Below are positions 63,948-64,000 of a stretch of DNA of 64,000 nucleotides, one piece after another. Origin of the DNA: Gammaproteobacteria bacterium (GTDB taxonomy: Bacteria > Pseudomonadota > Gammaproteobacteria > PS1 > Pseudothioglobaceae); assembly GCA_965277055.1 (NCBI GenBank), contig OZ255703.1:1181695-1245694 (forward strand), in the 5' to 3' direction. Each line of letters starts with the position of its first letter. Position 1 is the first letter of the stretch. The notes below the pieces were generated by a model. The model ran no database searches. It saw only the letters and a program-made list of their open reading frames with translations, and was not told the origin of the DNA. A program made the position numbers and the translations under genes.

Positions 63948-64000
63948 ATGCTTTATATTATTATCGCCACAGATACCCCAAACTCACTGGAAAAAAGAAT
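63948..64000 (+). CDS. YciI-like protein, N-terminal fragment (runs off window)
   Basis: MLYIIIATDTPNSLEKR parallels the E. coli YciI N-terminus MLYVIYAQDKADSLEKR. Confidence 0.6.
   Translation, partial: MLYIIIATDTPNSLEKR

Noticed and set aside
1-64000. Search for CRISPR arrays, rRNA, integrons, large tandem repeats or an obvious multi-gene defence island
   Set aside because: No regularly spaced repeats, rRNA-like stretches or attC-like arrays were seen by eye. The only repeats supported are the att-like 21-mers, the IS ends and TSD, and the short tandem or direct repeats listed. An exhaustive repeat search needs computation.

Overview
AT-rich, densely coding gammaproteobacterial chromosome segment using the standard bacterial code (TGA is used as a stop in several ATGA gene overlaps). 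The centrepiece is a complete oxidative-type dissimilatory sulfite reductase locus, dsrABEFHCMKLJOP (20.6-31.4 kb). Together with gph, cysQ, a second DsrC/TusE-like gene and a SulP permease, this suggests a chemolithoautotrophic sulfur oxidiser of the SUP05/Thioglobus/bivalve-symbiont type; that is inference, with no database search done. The remainder is mostly housekeeping: prfA-hemA, rplY-pth-ychF, serB, glmS-pgi-galU, tilS, gph, proC, xerD, rplS, gltD, alaS, prmA, sppA, ccmAB, rpmBG, xseB-ispA, fabI, apaG, plsC, rmuC, bamE, fur. There are two tRNAs (Leu-UAG, Ser-UGA), no rRNA and no CRISPR array. Accessory material is of two kinds. (i) A ~3 kb segment is bounded by a 21-bp direct repeat of the tRNA-Ser 3' end. 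It carries a di-haem (2x CxxCH) lipoprotein and a decayed antitoxin gene but no integrase. (ii) An islet at 35.4-38.8 kb holds an XRE pseudogene, a probably frameshifted lipoprotein, a HigB/HigA-like pair, a secreted esterase and an intact 739-bp IS1595-family (IS1016-like) element with perfect 19-bp inverted repeats and an 8-bp target duplication. No clearly novel multi-gene system could be demonstrated from sequence alone. The best follow-up candidates are: the four-gene coupled operon at 57.8-63.1 kb (cNMP/CBS/DUF294 nucleotidyltransferase + DEDD exonuclease + FMN hydroxyacid dehydrogenase + ThDP enzyme); the PAxY-repeat peptidoglycan-binding protein that closes the dsr transcription unit; the mini-lipoprotein/secreted-protein pair just upstream of dsrA; a ~100-nt three-way-junction RNA-like structure upstream of proC; and the tRNA-Ser-associated element.
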